Assembly: GCA_963782525.1 (NCBI GenBank) | Contig: CAWAKC010000009.1 | Location: 1-64,000 of the forward strand | Reading direction: 5' to 3' | Origin: Candidatus Bathyarchaeota archaeon | Lineage (GTDB): Archaea > Thermoproteota > Bathyarchaeia > Bathyarchaeales > Bathycorpusculaceae | DNA: 64,000 nucleotides | Shown: positions 10,242 through 21,458 of the stretch, piece after piece | Layout of the letters: each line of letters opens with the position of its first letter | Numbering within the stretch: position 1 is the stretch's first letter | Position numbers and translations under genes: made by a program | Notes under the pieces: generated by a model | What the model saw: the letters and a program-made list of their open reading frames with translations, nothing else | What the model was told of the DNA's origin: nothing | Database searches by the model: none

Positions 10242-10320
10242 TGGAAGCCTTCCCTTCTCCTCGCACCTTTTCTCCTAATAAGGCAAACCGCAAAATAGCA
10301 TATAAGGGATATTTCAAAAA
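10242..10320 (-). promoter_or_regulatory. Second orphan promoter/5' stub
   Basis: tggaagccttc..tctcctaataaggcaaaccgcaaaatagcatataagggatatttc, colinear with 3405-3488. Confidence 0.5.
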
Positions 10321-10435
10321 ACATAATATATCACAATCACAGAGATGAGGCTTAACCTAAATTATCTTTCAAAGTATTATTAGTATAGTCACGACTAAAC
10401 GAGTAAATGTAACAAAAAATTGTCCTCCACACAAG

Positions 10436-10620
10436 CGGTTTTGGGCTGCGCTTTGGTGATTTAAGTTGGAAAATTAGCAGACGATTTTGATACTCACTTT
10501 TTGGCCTAAGGTTTAGGCGTTGCTTTTGACGGCTTGAGCTATTGCTTGATATGCACTAGAAGGGAGGTTGTTATAAAAACCAGAGTCAATTCGAATAAGC
10601 TAATGGGTAACGGAGTTTAA
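10436..10620 (-). pseudogene. 3' remnant of a DUF1616 gene plus downstream flank, paralogous to 14010-14190
   Basis: ttaggcgttgcttttgacggcttgagctattgcttgata matches ttaggcgctgattttaacagcttgagtttttgcttgata; shared flank aagttggaaaatta. Confidence 0.5.
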
Positions 10621-10682
10621 CTATCTTATGAAGTAGAGGTTAGGATTTTAACCTACTTTAGGCGCTTTTTGATTCCATTTGG

Positions 10683-10895
10683 CTATGGGTAGGCCATTAA
10701 ACCAATTATTCGGATGGCAACTGTTACGAAGAATAGGAGACCTGTGGTTATGGCTACGTTTTTGAGCCTTTTTTTATTTAATGTGAGGTTTTTTAGGCCA
10801 TAAGATGATGCGAATTCTGAGATTAGGAGTAGTAGGATGGAATCCACGGTCAGAAGTAAGATAATATCTGTTGAGGTTAAAGGCGGGAGTTGCAT
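10683..10895 (-). CDS. Small two-TM membrane protein
   Basis: 70 aa, two hydrophobic helices; paralog at 14778-14993. Confidence 0.75.
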   Translation of the reverse strand: MQLPPLTSTDIILLLTVDSILLLLISEFASSYGLKNLTLNKKRLKNVAITTGLLFFVTVAIRIIGLMAYP

Positions 10896-10898
10896 GTT

Positions 10899-11669
10899 TT
10901 ATTCCTCGAGTATTTGGTATTCTATATTTGTGGTTTTGGTTTCTTGGTTACGGGTTTCGTTTTGGATGGTTAAGGGTTGGCCTGAGGCTTTTGCTAAGGC
11001 GCAGGCAATAGCACTACTCAGGAGGCAACCGACTTGTTTGTGGGTTTTTGGTTGGAAATCGGTTTGTCGGCAAATTTCGTCGAGTAAACTTCCTATTATT
11101 TCCACGGTGACTGTGTTGCCTTGCATTTGGATTTCAACTTCTTCAGCGAGCTGCAGATCTTCGACGATAAGTTTTGGAAGTTTGAATTGTAATTGTAAGA
11201 GGTCGGTTTTTGTGAATGAGAAACCTAGTTCCCTTTCAAAATAGCGGGAGAGAGCTGATCCGGTTGGAACAATGAGCACGCCGCCTTTTCGATTGATAGT
11301 CAAGCTATCCGTTATATCTTCGGGGGAGGGAAGCGTGATTTTTGGTTTTTTAGGAATAAAAACGAAGCTGGAATCCGCGATCTTAAGATTCCTAGGCGGC
11401 AAATAAATCCCTAGGAGAGACACCCCAGACTCAGTTATTATCCGCTCAATGTTACTCGCACTCACCTCCGCCTCAGCGTTAAACATTGCGATAGGCACCT
11501 GCCTAGTCGGAGTTACATAAAGTAAAATGGCGCCTCCCAAAAACAAAGCAACCCCCAAAATAGCAATAATAGAAGAAACGTAAAACATAGAAATTATAAC
11601 AAGAACTAAACCTAAAACAAACATGGAAATTGCCACTGCTTGATTTAGAGTTATTGGTTTATTAAACAA
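10899..11669 (-). CDS. Two-TM protein with a C-terminal V4R-like (Cys-containing) domain
   Basis: GIYLPP, IC...HKQVGCLLSSAIACALAK; paralog at 14996-15769. Confidence 0.75.
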   Translation of the reverse strand: MFNKPITLNQAVAISMFVLGLVLVIISMFYVSSIIAILGVALFLGGAILLYVTPTRQVPIAMFNAEAEVSASNIERIITESGVSLLGIYLPPRNLKIADSSFVFIPKKPKITLPSPEDITDSLTINRKGGVLIVPTGSALSRYFERELGFSFTKTDLLQLQFKLPKLIVEDLQLAEEVEIQMQGNTVTVEIIGSLLDEICRQTDFQPKTHKQVGCLLSSAIACALAKASGQPLTIQNETRNQETKTTNIEYQILEE

Positions 11670-11830
11670 ACTTGTATTGTCACCTGATGACGATAAATAT
11701 TAGTTGAGCCTAGCAAATAAGAGTTGTTCACAACCCAAATTGCTAAAAAATAATTCGAAGAAGATTAAATTAATTGAGGATTTGGTGCAGCTTACATCTA
11801 AGTCTTCATTTTCGAGAATCTATTTGTCTC

Positions 11831-12055
11831 TTAGAGGAAAAACAGGTGTTTTTTGCACTTTGAATGGGGTTTGTTTTGGGCTAGTTTCATTGAACAGGTT
11901 CTTGAGCGCTTTCTGATTGCGTCTGCAAACGTCACATTTCTTCTACCGAAGGCAAAAAAACAAAGATGTTCTAGTTACTACTAAATGAGACAAACGCAGT
12001 CAAATTCAGGTACTCGTCAACTCCAAGTTGAAGAATGTTGACGACACAACTTTTT
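11831..12055 (+). repeat. Long repeat: element X followed by repeat Y copy 5 (11995-12055)
   Basis: About 225 bp colinear with 57112-57338. Confidence 0.8.
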
Positions 12056-12078
12056 CTCTAAAGTTTTTTTTGGCTAAG

Positions 12079-13089
12079 TCAAACGCTTTGTTTAAACCAC
12101 GATATTGTCTTCTTAAGTCCCTCTTCAAAGTTGACGTTTGGTTTCCATTGGACAAGTTTTTCGAGTTTGGTTGTGTCTGGGCAGCGTCTTTTTGGGTCAT
12201 CTTTAGGCAACGGGCGAAACTCTATGGTGGATTGGCTGTGCGTTATTTCTTTGATTTTGTTTGCAAGTTACAGGATGGTTGTTTCTTGGGTATTCCCAAC
12301 ATTCACAGCTTCCCCTTTAGCCTTCTCACAGGCTGCAAGCAAAAACAAGCCCGTAACATTATCGGTTATGTAACAAAATGACCTTGTCTGCTTTCCATCC
12401 CCATAAACCGTAATCGGTTCACCAGTCAACGCCTGTGAAACAAAACGTGACAGAGCTCTGCCATACAAACCGTCTTCTCGTAAACGTGGACCGTACGTAT
12501 TAATAATCCTTGGGAACTTAACATCTAACCCATACTGCTTATAATAAGCCATAAACAATGCTTCAGCAAACCGTTTCCCCTCATCATAACACGACCGAAT
12601 ACCAATTGGGTTAACTTTTCCCCAGTAACTCTCAGGAGTGGGAACATCTTCCGCGTCCCCATAAACCTCCGAAGTCGAAGCAAACAACAACGTGGCATCA
12701 TTTTTTCTAGCTAACTCTGCCATGCGAAAGCTACCTAACGCGCTAGTCTTTAAGGTCTCAATTGGATGCGCTTGATATTCATCTGGGGATGCATGCCCGG
12801 CCATGTGAAAAATAAAATCAAACTTTTCGTTGCTGTCAAAGGTGCAAACATCGGACTTTACAAACTCGAACAATCTGCTTTTATTTAGATGGTCGATGTT
12901 TTTGATTCTTCCAGTAGACAGATCATCTATAGCGGTTACGTTGACGCCAAAACTTACGAGCACATCGCAAAGCCAACTGCCAATAAACCCCGCCCCACCA
13001 GTGACAAGGATTTTCTTACCTTCAAAAACGTCTCCTTTAACAATTCTCTTTACCGCATCAAGATCATTGTTGATTATGTCATCTATCAT
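12079..13089 (-). pseudogene. UDP-glucuronate decarboxylase-like NAD-dependent epimerase with an in-frame TAA at 12268-12270
   Basis: VTGGAGFIGS, ASTSEVYG, YDEGKR; the frame continues TIL*LANKIK...DDPKRRCPD...EEGLKKTISWF to TGA at 12079. Confidence 0.85.
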
Positions 13090-13883
13090 AAGTTTGACCT
13101 CGAATATAGCTGATTATATGACAATTCTAAAGCCTGCCAATACCGCTCAGGACTTCCAATGTCAAGATGCGAATAACCGCTACCCAATTTAACTGCATAT
13201 ACTTTTAAGCCCCAGTCAACAAGCTTTTGAATAGCATCTGTTAGTTGTATTTCACCATTTTTTCCAGGTTTCATTGTTTCCAATGCCTTGAAAATAATGG
13301 GGTGAAAAACATACATAGCAATTATCGCCCTATTCGTCTTAGGCTTCTCAGGCTTCTCAACAACCGATGTTACCCTTATTATTCCCGGTTCAACCTAGTC
13401 ACCCTCAACAATACCATACTGGGTGGGGTTCTCAATCTCCAGCACCAGAAACGCAGCATCCGCCCTAAAACGCTTAAAGGCGCCTATCAATTTCTGTATG
13501 TAATCCATGTCTTTTGAAATTATACAACTGTCTCCTGCATGCACCAAACAACTTTGATTCTGAACAAAAGGTTGAGCCATTAACACTGCGTTTCCCAACC
13601 CTTTTGGCGAGGTCTGATTAACCCAGTTAATCGAAGAAGTTTCAAGTTTCTCTTAAAAAGCCTCAAGATCAGAAGCTTGACCATTTTTGCCTATTCCCTC
13701 AAGAGTTGTAATACAGTTTGCATCAGGAGTGAAATGGTCTTCTATTCCCCGTTTACCCCGCCCAACAACGTAACAAAACTCGCGAAACCCAGCATCATAT
13801 AATTGCTCAGGTTGCTCCTTAGTAGCTGGAAATAAACGAGTTCCCAAACCCGCAGCAGGAATAATAACTTTACGAACCATCAA
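13086..13883 (-). pseudogene. galU: UTP-glucose-1-phosphate uridylyltransferase-like nucleotidyltransferase; two in-frame stops (13653, 13395) and an internal deletion
   Basis: IPAAGLGTRLFPATKEQP, PKGLGNAV, VEKP, GEIQLTDAI; the three ORF pieces are in one frame. Confidence 0.8.
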
Positions 13884-14090
13884 TCAGCCTCTTACATTCA
13901 TTCTTCTATTAATCCACATATACTTATTTGAAAACTAAATCTAAGTTGACATCTAATTTGAGGATTTACCTTTGGAAAAACAATCAAAAATTTCGGTTAT
14001 AGGCGCTGGTTACGGTGTTTTGGGCTTTGCCTTCATAATTAAAGTTGGAAAATTAATAGACGGTTTTGTTAATCTTTGTATAGTTAATAA

Positions 14091-14753
14091 TTAGGCGCTG
14101 ATTTTAACAGCTTGAGTTTTTGCTTGATATTCGCGTAGGACGGCAGCTGTTGCAGAAACTACGGTTAATGCGAGCAAGCTAAGGGTTATGGGTGCTACGC
14201 GTATGCCCCAGGGTGAATAATTTAGGATTAAACCAACTATGGGAATGATTGATAAGCTTAAGCCAAGACTTAGGGCTAAGCGTTCAACCGCATCTATGTT
14301 TTGGCTGTTAGTTGCGATAGGTACTTTTGTGGGATAAAGCATTTTTATAAATGTGAAGCCTGGAAGGAAAAGAATGAATATTACGCCCAGTGCCGAGCGG
14401 AGGTAAACGATTGGGTAAGCGGTGTCAGGTATGGCGAAAACTGTTATGACAGTTATAAAAGCCAACGCGACTGTAACCCAGTACCATCTTGCCTGTTTTG
14501 AGAAAAGGTACGCTTTTGGTGTTGGAGAGATCGGGGTTTCTTTTTGGGTGAAATGAATTCTGTCTTCACTTTCAAGGCCCATCAGCAGTTGATTTATTTC
14601 TTCATGGGTCAATGAGGTTTTTTCTTGTACTAGTTTGATTAGCTGTGGAGTGGTTTCAGGCCTCTGTTCTTTGATGTTTTCGAGTATGATTTGTTTTGTT
14701 TGCTCGTTTGCTTTGTCGCGGTAGCTTTGTTTTTTAACCATTTGCCTTGTCAC
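14091..14753 (-). CDS. DUF1616-type membrane protein with an N-terminal wHTH-like domain
   Basis: ILFLPG, ERLALSLGLS, LNYSPWGI. Confidence 0.8.
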   Translation of the reverse strand: MTRQMVKKQSYRDKANEQTKQIILENIKEQRPETTPQLIKLVQEKTSLTHEEINQLLMGLESEDRIHFTQKETPISPTPKAYLFSKQARWYWVTVALAFITVITVFAIPDTAYPIVYLRSALGVIFILFLPGFTFIKMLYPTKVPIATNSQNIDAVERLALSLGLSLSIIPIVGLILNYSPWGIRVAPITLSLLALTVVSATAAVLREYQAKTQAVKISA

Positions 14754-14777
14754 TTGCTTTTATTTAGTTTTCTGAGC

Positions 14778-14993
14778 CTATGGGCTGGTGAACAGACCGA
14801 TTATTTTGATAGATACAATTAATAAAAATAATATTCCTATGAAAAGAGCAACGTAGCGTAATTTTTTTTTGTTTATAGTTAGATTTGTTAAGCCGTAATG
14901 GGGTGATGCAATCTCAGAGGTGATAAGAAGCGTGATGGCTCCTAAAATTACTATGAGACTCAGGTCTGTAAAAGTTAAAGGTGGAAGTTGCGT
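14778..14993 (-). CDS. Small two-TM protein, not in the ORF track (ACG start)
   Basis: ACG CAA CTT CCA CCT = (M)QLPPLTFTD...; open 71 codons; paralog of 10683-10895 in the same position. Confidence 0.65.
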   Translation of the reverse strand, partial: TQLPPLTFTDLSLIVILGAITLLITSEIASPHYGLTNLTINKKKLRYVALFIGILFLLIVSIKIIGLFTSP

Positions 14994-14995
14994 TT

Positions 14996-15769
14996 TTATC
15001 CCTCTTCTATTCGATATTCGATGGTGGTGGTTTTGGTTTCTGGCGTTTGCGTTTCTTTTTGGATGGTTATGGGTTTTCCAGTTGCCTTAGCCAAAACACA
15101 AGCTAATGCACTGCTTAGCAAACAACCGACTTGTGCGTGAGTTCTTGGTTGACTATCGGTTTCAGAACAAAGACTATTAAATAAACTTCCCGTTACTTCA
15201 ACAATTATCCTATTTTCCTCCATTTTGACCTCAATGTCTTCAGCTATTTCGAGGACCTCTACGAGAAGTTTTGGAAGGATTTTCCTTAATTCAACAGGAT
15301 CAATCTTTGTAAATGAATCGCCGATTTCCTTTTCGAAGAATTGTGAAAGTGCCAATCCAGGCGGAGTTATAAAAATTCCATTTCCGCTTTCTAAAGAAAG
15401 TTTTTCTGTGTTTTCTTCTGGATTAGGTAAAGCGATTTGACGCGTTCTAGGGACGAAGACTAAACTTGATACCTCTTTTCCAAGGTTCTTCGGTGGCAAG
15501 TAAATGCCGTTTTCTGTAAGGTTAAATTCTGTTAAGGCTCGTTCGATATTACTTTCATTCAGATTAGCCGAAGCGTTAAGCAAGGCCAAAGGTACATGCT
15601 TAACCGGCGTTATATAGAGGAGAATCACGACCCAAAACAGTAAGGCTGTGCCAAATATGGCTAAGAAAGATGAAACATAAAATGCCGAAAGTACTAATAG
15701 GAAAAGACCTAATGAAAAAATAGCAATTATGGCGATTTTAGTAAAACTTGATAGTTTTTGTCGCGGCAT
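14996..15769 (-). CDS. Two-TM protein with a V4R-like domain (paralog)
   Basis: GIYLPP, HAQVGCLLSSALACVLAK. Confidence 0.75.
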   Translation of the reverse strand: MPRQKLSSFTKIAIIAIFSLGLFLLVLSAFYVSSFLAIFGTALLFWVVILLYITPVKHVPLALLNASANLNESNIERALTEFNLTENGIYLPPKNLGKEVSSLVFVPRTRQIALPNPEENTEKLSLESGNGIFITPPGLALSQFFEKEIGDSFTKIDPVELRKILPKLLVEVLEIAEDIEVKMEENRIIVEVTGSLFNSLCSETDSQPRTHAQVGCLLSSALACVLAKATGKPITIQKETQTPETKTTTIEYRIEEG

Positions 15770-16127
15770 TTAAAGTCCACCATTATATTGAGGCTGTTCT
15801 ACTCTTTGCTGTGACAAATAAGCTTATTCCATATTCTGCACAGAAATTTTTAGCCCACATTTTGGAGAATCACTGTTAAGTTCTTAGTGCACAGCGACTA
15901 AATGGATTTCTATTCATAAGGATTCGTTTATGATGCTGTATATGTCAAATCTCAATTAGCATATGGCTAAATTGATACGACTAATTGAAAATTTGGAATA
16001 GTTGAAAAGGTTTCATATTAATTGTTCAACGATGATTTTGGATGTTGTATGGGGTGTTGGTCAGGAGCTAATGTTGTTTAGTAATACTCAATGCTTAATA
16101 AGCGTTCTTTGATGATTAAAAGACACA

Positions 16128-17687
16128 ATGACAGCACGAAAAAATGCGACATGGACAATAGTCACATTCACAGTTATAGGATTACTCTTAACATTAGCGA
16201 CAAGCGGACAACTCAGTCCAGCTCAAATTATTCATACAAACGGGACTATAATAGCACCCAATATGAGCGGGATAACAGTAACGCCTTCCAACATAATAGG
16301 AACAAATAATCTGGCATTAGGGGCTCAGTTTACGTATGGTGACTTGGAATATTTCCATAGTGACAGTCAAGGACAAGCTTTGATGCAGAACTCAGGTATT
16401 AAACTTGTGAGGATTGGCGACAATAATCTTGATGATATAGGCACTCCGCTGGTTTTGAGCTGGAATGAAACTACCCATACTGGAACATTTAATTGGACAG
16501 TTATTGACCCCGTTATTCAAGCAATCTATGCCTCTGGCGCACAACCGATAATTGTTTTAATGGGAAATATGGCTGGTGCCGCACTTTCTAATACTACGCA
16601 ATTTACTAATGGAATGAAAGGTGACCCAGCATCGGATGGGTTGCCTTTTCCAGCGGATGCCGCAAGCTACGCGGCAGCATGGGTCACGCACATGCAAACG
16701 ATGGGGTACCCAGTTATATATTACGAAATTAGCAATGAAATTCAAAATTATCTTGGAGATGGCGGATGGCCGATTATACCATTTAGCGGTTCAAATTTAA
16801 TTCGTATGGGAGATTTTGCTACAGTGTACAATACTACTGTAACAGCGATGAAAGAGGTTAATCCCGCCCTAAGTGCAAGTTTCGATTTTTCGTGGTTTGG
16901 AAGCGTAATAAATTGGTGGGTGACTAATTACACTGGCACACCATTAGACCGTATAGATTTCCACAACTACGCTACTAACTATATTGGTGAATATAGTAAC
17001 GATTCAGGATTGCTCCAGGCTGCTCAATCAATCACCACAGGTAATACAGGCTATGGCACAGGTTTTTGGAGCGGGAGCAACCCCGTTCTCGCGCAGGAAA
17101 CGTATTATAATGCGAAAGCAGTGACTCTGCCTCTTTTTGATACAGAAAGTAATTTAGACAGCCAATGGAGCCCAAATACTGACCCGAAAATAGTACAGAT
17201 GGTTGGCGCGGTTTTCGCTGCGCTTTTGTTGAAGACTGAAATCCTTGAAAATGTAGAAGCCCATATTTATTTTGACTGGGATGCAAGTTTAAGCTACCAT
17301 CAGTCGCTTTCGCCTCCAAGTTACGGTTTCGGGTTAATCGATGGTGACAATCATCAACCGTGGTATCCATACTACGTTTATCAGATGATAGGGAACAATT
17401 TGCAAGTTGGCGACTCAATTGTTTCTTCAACTAATTCTGGGAACGTTTCAAGCTTCGCATGGATAGACAAGGGAAACCTAAACATCTTGCTGATTAACAC
17501 TGCTAACAGTACCGTGTCAATAACCGTTAGCGGCGCATCAGGAAACTTCAACTACAAAAAAATAGACAATACCTACTCATTCCTAAATGCTCAACCCCAA
17601 ACCGGAACACTATCGTTGCCTTCTTCAATAACCATGAACGGCTACACAGTAATATTATTGACATCAACCCCAACGCCCCCTGCATAG
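16128..17687 (+). CDS. Secreted GH39-like (clan GH-A) glycoside hydrolase
   Basis: FNWTVID, YYEISNE (acid/base), IDFHNY, DTESN (nucleophile), C-terminal beta-sandwich; N-terminal signal. Confidence 0.7.
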   Translation: MTARKNATWTIVTFTVIGLLLTLATSGQLSPAQIIHTNGTIIAPNMSGITVTPSNIIGTNNLALGAQFTYGDLEYFHSDSQGQALMQNSGIKLVRIGDNNLDDIGTPLVLSWNETTHTGTFNWTVIDPVIQAIYASGAQPIIVLMGNMAGAALSNTTQFTNGMKGDPASDGLPFPADAASYAAAWVTHMQTMGYPVIYYEISNEIQNYLGDGGWPIIPFSGSNLIRMGDFATVYNTTVTAMKEVNPALSASFDFSWFGSVINWWVTNYTGTPLDRIDFHNYATNYIGEYSNDSGLLQAAQSITTGNTGYGTGFWSGSNPVLAQETYYNAKAVTLPLFDTESNLDSQWSPNTDPKIVQMVGAVFAALLLKTEILENVEAHIYFDWDASLSYHQSLSPPSYGFGLIDGDNHQPWYPYYVYQMIGNNLQVGDSIVSSTNSGNVSSFAWIDKGNLNILLINTANSTVSITVSGASGNFNYKKIDNTYSFLNAQPQTGTLSLPSSITMNGYTVILLTSTPTPPA

Positions 17688-17952
17688 TGCACGCCGCGTA
17701 CGATCGTGTGGTGCAACCAACCCGAGATAGCCGTGTTTGGACAGTAGGAGTCGCCATCATTAAAAAACTTAAGCTCGGAAAGCGTTAAGGTGAAATGAAT
17801 TGCAGACGATAGACCATTACTGCTTTTTTCTTGTTTGTATTTTAGTTTTAAGTTTGTTTGCAACTGTTTCAGTCGGTTCGTGTACGAGCTAAAGCAGAGG
17901 GTGAATTGCATTTTATAAGTTAGGTTTTGCGGGCGCAATCGAGCTTTTTTTG

Positions 17953-19686
17953 CTATCGAGCAGGTGGGTTATTTATGAACACTCCGGTTATGTTGCCGCT
18001 GCTGTAGATTACATCTTGTGTTTCAGTCAAATTGTTGGCTGCTGAATAAAGTTCTGGAGATATATACAATGACCCATATTTTAGACCGTTGGCATCAAAC
18101 ATTACGATATTACCTCCAGGAAAAGTTAATCCACTGAGCATACTTACAGTCATGTTATTGCTTTTTAAGAAAGGATTAACTGCTATGCTAATCTTGTAAT
18201 CCAAAACCACCTTCGTTTCATTTCCGTAACTATAAAGGAAGTTGCCTGCAGAATATTTTGAGAAGGGTTCCAGTCGTGAATCTTCAACCGTTGTTATGGG
18301 GTCATGAACAGATTTTACAGGGACACCATAGATTGTGGCCAAAGAGGCTAAAACTATGAGCACTAAAAGCAGCGTCAAGATAACTTTTTTATTTATTTTT
18401 TTAAGCAGTTTATCCGAAGTGAAGAAAAATGGCAAGGCAAAGGTTATGAATACTATCGCGATAGTTCGAATATCAGATGAGGTTGTTTCTGGCACAGCAA
18501 CTGTTCCGAGATAGGTCGCTGTGGCGATTGCCAGAAAGAGCCATACGCAGATTAGCGCTGCTTTAAATGAGGCAAGTTTAAAGTTTTCTGAATATGAACT
18601 TGGTTTCGCATTTTTTTCTCGACTAAAGGTTAACAACAATGCAACAAGCAGAGTTAGAAACATTAGAGACAAATACGCTGCTGATGTGACGTAGCTGTCG
18701 CCGGTGGTGGGGCTGGCGCCTACTCGCTGCCAGGGCAATGTTCGGATAGGAAATTGACCGACTAATAAATCTTTGAAGAAAGTTATGAATCCGTTCCATG
18801 CAGATATAGCGTATCCTTTCACCGACAAAACGTAGTCGAATGCAGCGTAAATCATGTAGCCCAATGGAATGAAGCTGTAAAAGAGTTTACTTTTTGTGCT
18901 AAGGAAGGCAGCAATAAAGAAAAATGGAATAAGAAAGAAAGCACCAACAGTTGTTCCCCATGTAATTGCTAGCACTAGAACAATCATGATAATTGAAGTA
19001 GCTCTGCTCTTAAATCGCCCATCGAAAATTAACCACAAAAGCAACATGACTAAAACGAATGTTGGTCCACCGCGTGCTGAATTGGCAAAAGATATTGATA
19101 ATACTGCAATAAGTGGTGGCAAAATATTATAAAGGGTGCTGTTTTTGGAGTAAGCTTCTACTTTTTTCTTTACCAAATGGAAAATTAGGATGCTAGCAAG
19201 CGTTATGAGGGATACGGAAAGGGCAAAATTTAAGTAGACAATTAAAGAGGGAGTTAAACCGCATTCTGTGCTTAGAAAAACATTTAACGTTGGTGGAAGG
19301 AAGAAATAGGAATGCGGCGATGAAATTTCCAAGTGTCCAGCTTGACTGTATTGTTGAGCAAGCACAGAAGTCGCGGAGTGCACTTGGGTTTCTATGTATT
19401 GGGGTAGCAGGAAATTGGCGTTGTATAATGCAAAAATCAAGGAAATTGCCAAAAGGATTGAGTAAACAGTTTTCATGCCAAAGTAACGCGTTTTGTAAAC
19501 GATTACCAACAAGAACACAGAAATAAAAAAAGAGGAAATTAAGGCAATGCGAGCTTCAAGACTTGACCCGAAATAACTTGCAGCGCAGACTGTTATTATA
19601 GCTATGAGCAGAAAAACCAGTAACGTGCTTAGATACGGTTTTTTGTTACTGTACATTTGCTCACCAAACGCATGCTTCTTGATCAT
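17953..19686 (-). CDS. Multi-pass membrane protein, GT-C/polymerase-like (putative)
   Basis: About 13 TM helices plus a soluble tail ending VIYSSGNI; lies in the glycosylation cluster. Confidence 0.55.
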   Translation of the reverse strand: MIKKHAFGEQMYSNKKPYLSTLLVFLLIAIITVCAASYFGSSLEARIALISSFFISVFLLVIVYKTRYFGMKTVYSILLAISLIFALYNANFLLPQYIETQVHSATSVLAQQYSQAGHLEISSPHSYFFLPPTLNVFLSTECGLTPSLIVYLNFALSVSLITLASILIFHLVKKKVEAYSKNSTLYNILPPLIAVLSISFANSARGGPTFVLVMLLLWLIFDGRFKSRATSIIMIVLVLAITWGTTVGAFFLIPFFFIAAFLSTKSKLFYSFIPLGYMIYAAFDYVLSVKGYAISAWNGFITFFKDLLVGQFPIRTLPWQRVGASPTTGDSYVTSAAYLSLMFLTLLVALLLTFSREKNAKPSSYSENFKLASFKAALICVWLFLAIATATYLGTVAVPETTSSDIRTIAIVFITFALPFFFTSDKLLKKINKKVILTLLLVLIVLASLATIYGVPVKSVHDPITTVEDSRLEPFSKYSAGNFLYSYGNETKVVLDYKISIAVNPFLKSNNMTVSMLSGLTFPGGNIVMFDANGLKYGSLYISPELYSAANNLTETQDVIYSSGNITGVFINNPPAR

Positions 19687-19789
19687 TTGATTCTACTTTT
19701 TGTTCCCAGAGATTCCGTTAGTTATGTAACTTAAATTACGAAAGGAGATTTCATGACGGGCCAATTTTCAAAGCGTGCCCACATTTGCC

Positions 19790-20248
19790 TTAACTAATCT
19801 TTTTGGCAATTATGATTCCACAATTCTCGTGATTTAGAAGTTTGCCTATTGTATTCAAAGGTGTAGAGTATGGTGTAAGTTGGGTACAGTAACCTGCAAG
19901 TTTAACAATTTTGAAGCCGTTTCTTGCAAGTATTTCATGTATTTGTTTATAGTTAAGCGATCTTTGAACATCCGTTTTAGAATAGTCAAGATCGGGAAGA
20001 ACTTCAAAAGCGGTCTTTTTACCTATCTTGTATTATCGTATTAAGAATCGGTACTGTCCCCCTTTAGATGCATTAACACTTTTTCCGCTTTTCCTGCAGC
20101 TTTTTTGAATATTAGAAGCAAAACCCTCAATTATAGAAAAGGTTTTTCCGCAAAAATCTGGGACACGACGCAATTTCTTAAACGCAGGAGATAAATCACC
20201 TAAATTAGGACAGTACCGAAAATTTTGTACCGTAGAAAAAACTGGCAA
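19790..20248 (-). pseudogene. Probable SAM-methyltransferase 3' remnant
   Basis: The frame continues past TAA 20033 into ...LNYKQIHEILARNGFKIVK...IIIAKK*. Confidence 0.35.
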
Positions 20249-20357
20249 GTACTGTCAAAAGTAACTGTATTACAACAAATATTACGCTTTTTGCTTGAAT
20301 CAACTTTTATTCCTCATTTATGAGGTCAAACGAAGTTGGCCTGCGTGCTTGAAATTT

Positions 20358-21458
20358 TTAAGGGGGTAACCTTTCAAAATATAATATGGTGATACCTTGT
20401 TCTGATTGGTCTTTGGAACTGCGTGATTGTGCAAATCCTGCTTTTTTGAATTTGTTAATTATGCTCCTCTTAATTTCTTCGGAATGCACCTCAACGATAT
20501 AATAGTTGATTTTTCTAAGTGTTTCTTTTGACAATTGTAAAAGGCTAATTTCAGCACCTTCGCAGTCAAATTTGGCTATGTCTGCTTTGCTCTTATCTAT
20601 TACAGACTTAACATTTTTTGTTCTAATTTTCATTTCATTTTTTCCTTTGCTTGGCTGTCCAAAACCCAAATTAGCAGCATCATATTTCACGGTAATCAAT
20701 CTGTCTTCTTGTCCAATTCCTTCTTCGTGAATTTCTGCATTAATGTTATTGAGCTCGATGTTCCTTTTTATAAAGTGATGATGGGCTGAAACGGGTTCAT
20801 ATATTATGAGCTTTTTTGCTCCTTGTGATGCAAAGAAAACGGCAGTTTCGCCGCAGAATGCACCAACATCTAGCACAATTCTGTTTCGGAAATCATAATC
20901 GTATGTACCACCTTCACATTCGGAAAGATACACACGCAGGGAATCATGGGGTACAATCAGCTGTATTTTGTCAGATTTGACATCAAATATGTCAGTGCTA
21001 AGCTGACGAACAAAGTATTTGGCGTTGTTTTTCTTAAATTGGAAAAATAAATTGTCCGTTTGTTCAATAATCCACCCATTATTAATTAAAGAGAACGAAG
21101 CCATGAGATGCGCAGGAATCCCTCTTAGGGAGGGATTGAAAATAATGGTTCCATTACCATGTCCTTTGATCTTATAGGTATTGTTTGTTTTTTGAATTGT
21201 GAAATGCGTTTTAGAGAGAATTTCAACCGCATCACGCATTCGCCAATATTGTTCCCAATCTAGATCCATTGTCAATTGATTTCTGAAGGCTATTCGCCTT
21301 GCTCTATTCGTGACTACAACAAGCACAGGTGCCCAAAAATTCCTTGTTGTCCTGATGGTCACTCTTGCAGACTTTAGAACGTTCTTAAAGAAGTCATAAA
21401 CCGAACCTCTCATGCAAAGTTTCCTTAACAGATTTGTTGAGGCTGTTAATGTAATCAT
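20358..21458 (-). CDS. FkbM-family methyltransferase
   Basis: VLDVGAFCG, YEP, AKFDCEGAE, VEVH. Confidence 0.85.
   Translation of the reverse strand: MITLTASTNLLRKLCMRGSVYDFFKNVLKSARVTIRTTRNFWAPVLVVVTNRARRIAFRNQLTMDLDWEQYWRMRDAVEILSKTHFTIQKTNNTYKIKGHGNGTIIFNPSLRGIPAHLMASFSLINNGWIIEQTDNLFFQFKKNNAKYFVRQLSTDIFDVKSDKIQLIVPHDSLRVYLSECEGGTYDYDFRNRIVLDVGAFCGETAVFFASQGAKKLIIYEPVSAHHHFIKRNIELNNINAEIHEEGIGQEDRLITVKYDAANLGFGQPSKGKNEMKIRTKNVKSVIDKSKADIAKFDCEGAEISLLQLSKETLRKINYYIVEVHSEEIKRSIINKFKKAGFAQSRSSKDQSEQGITILYFERLPP

Noticed and set aside
12006-12200. ORF MTQKDAAQ... as a repeated small gene
   Set aside because: It is an alternative frame of the epimerase C-terminus; the match at 56 kb is an epimerase stub.
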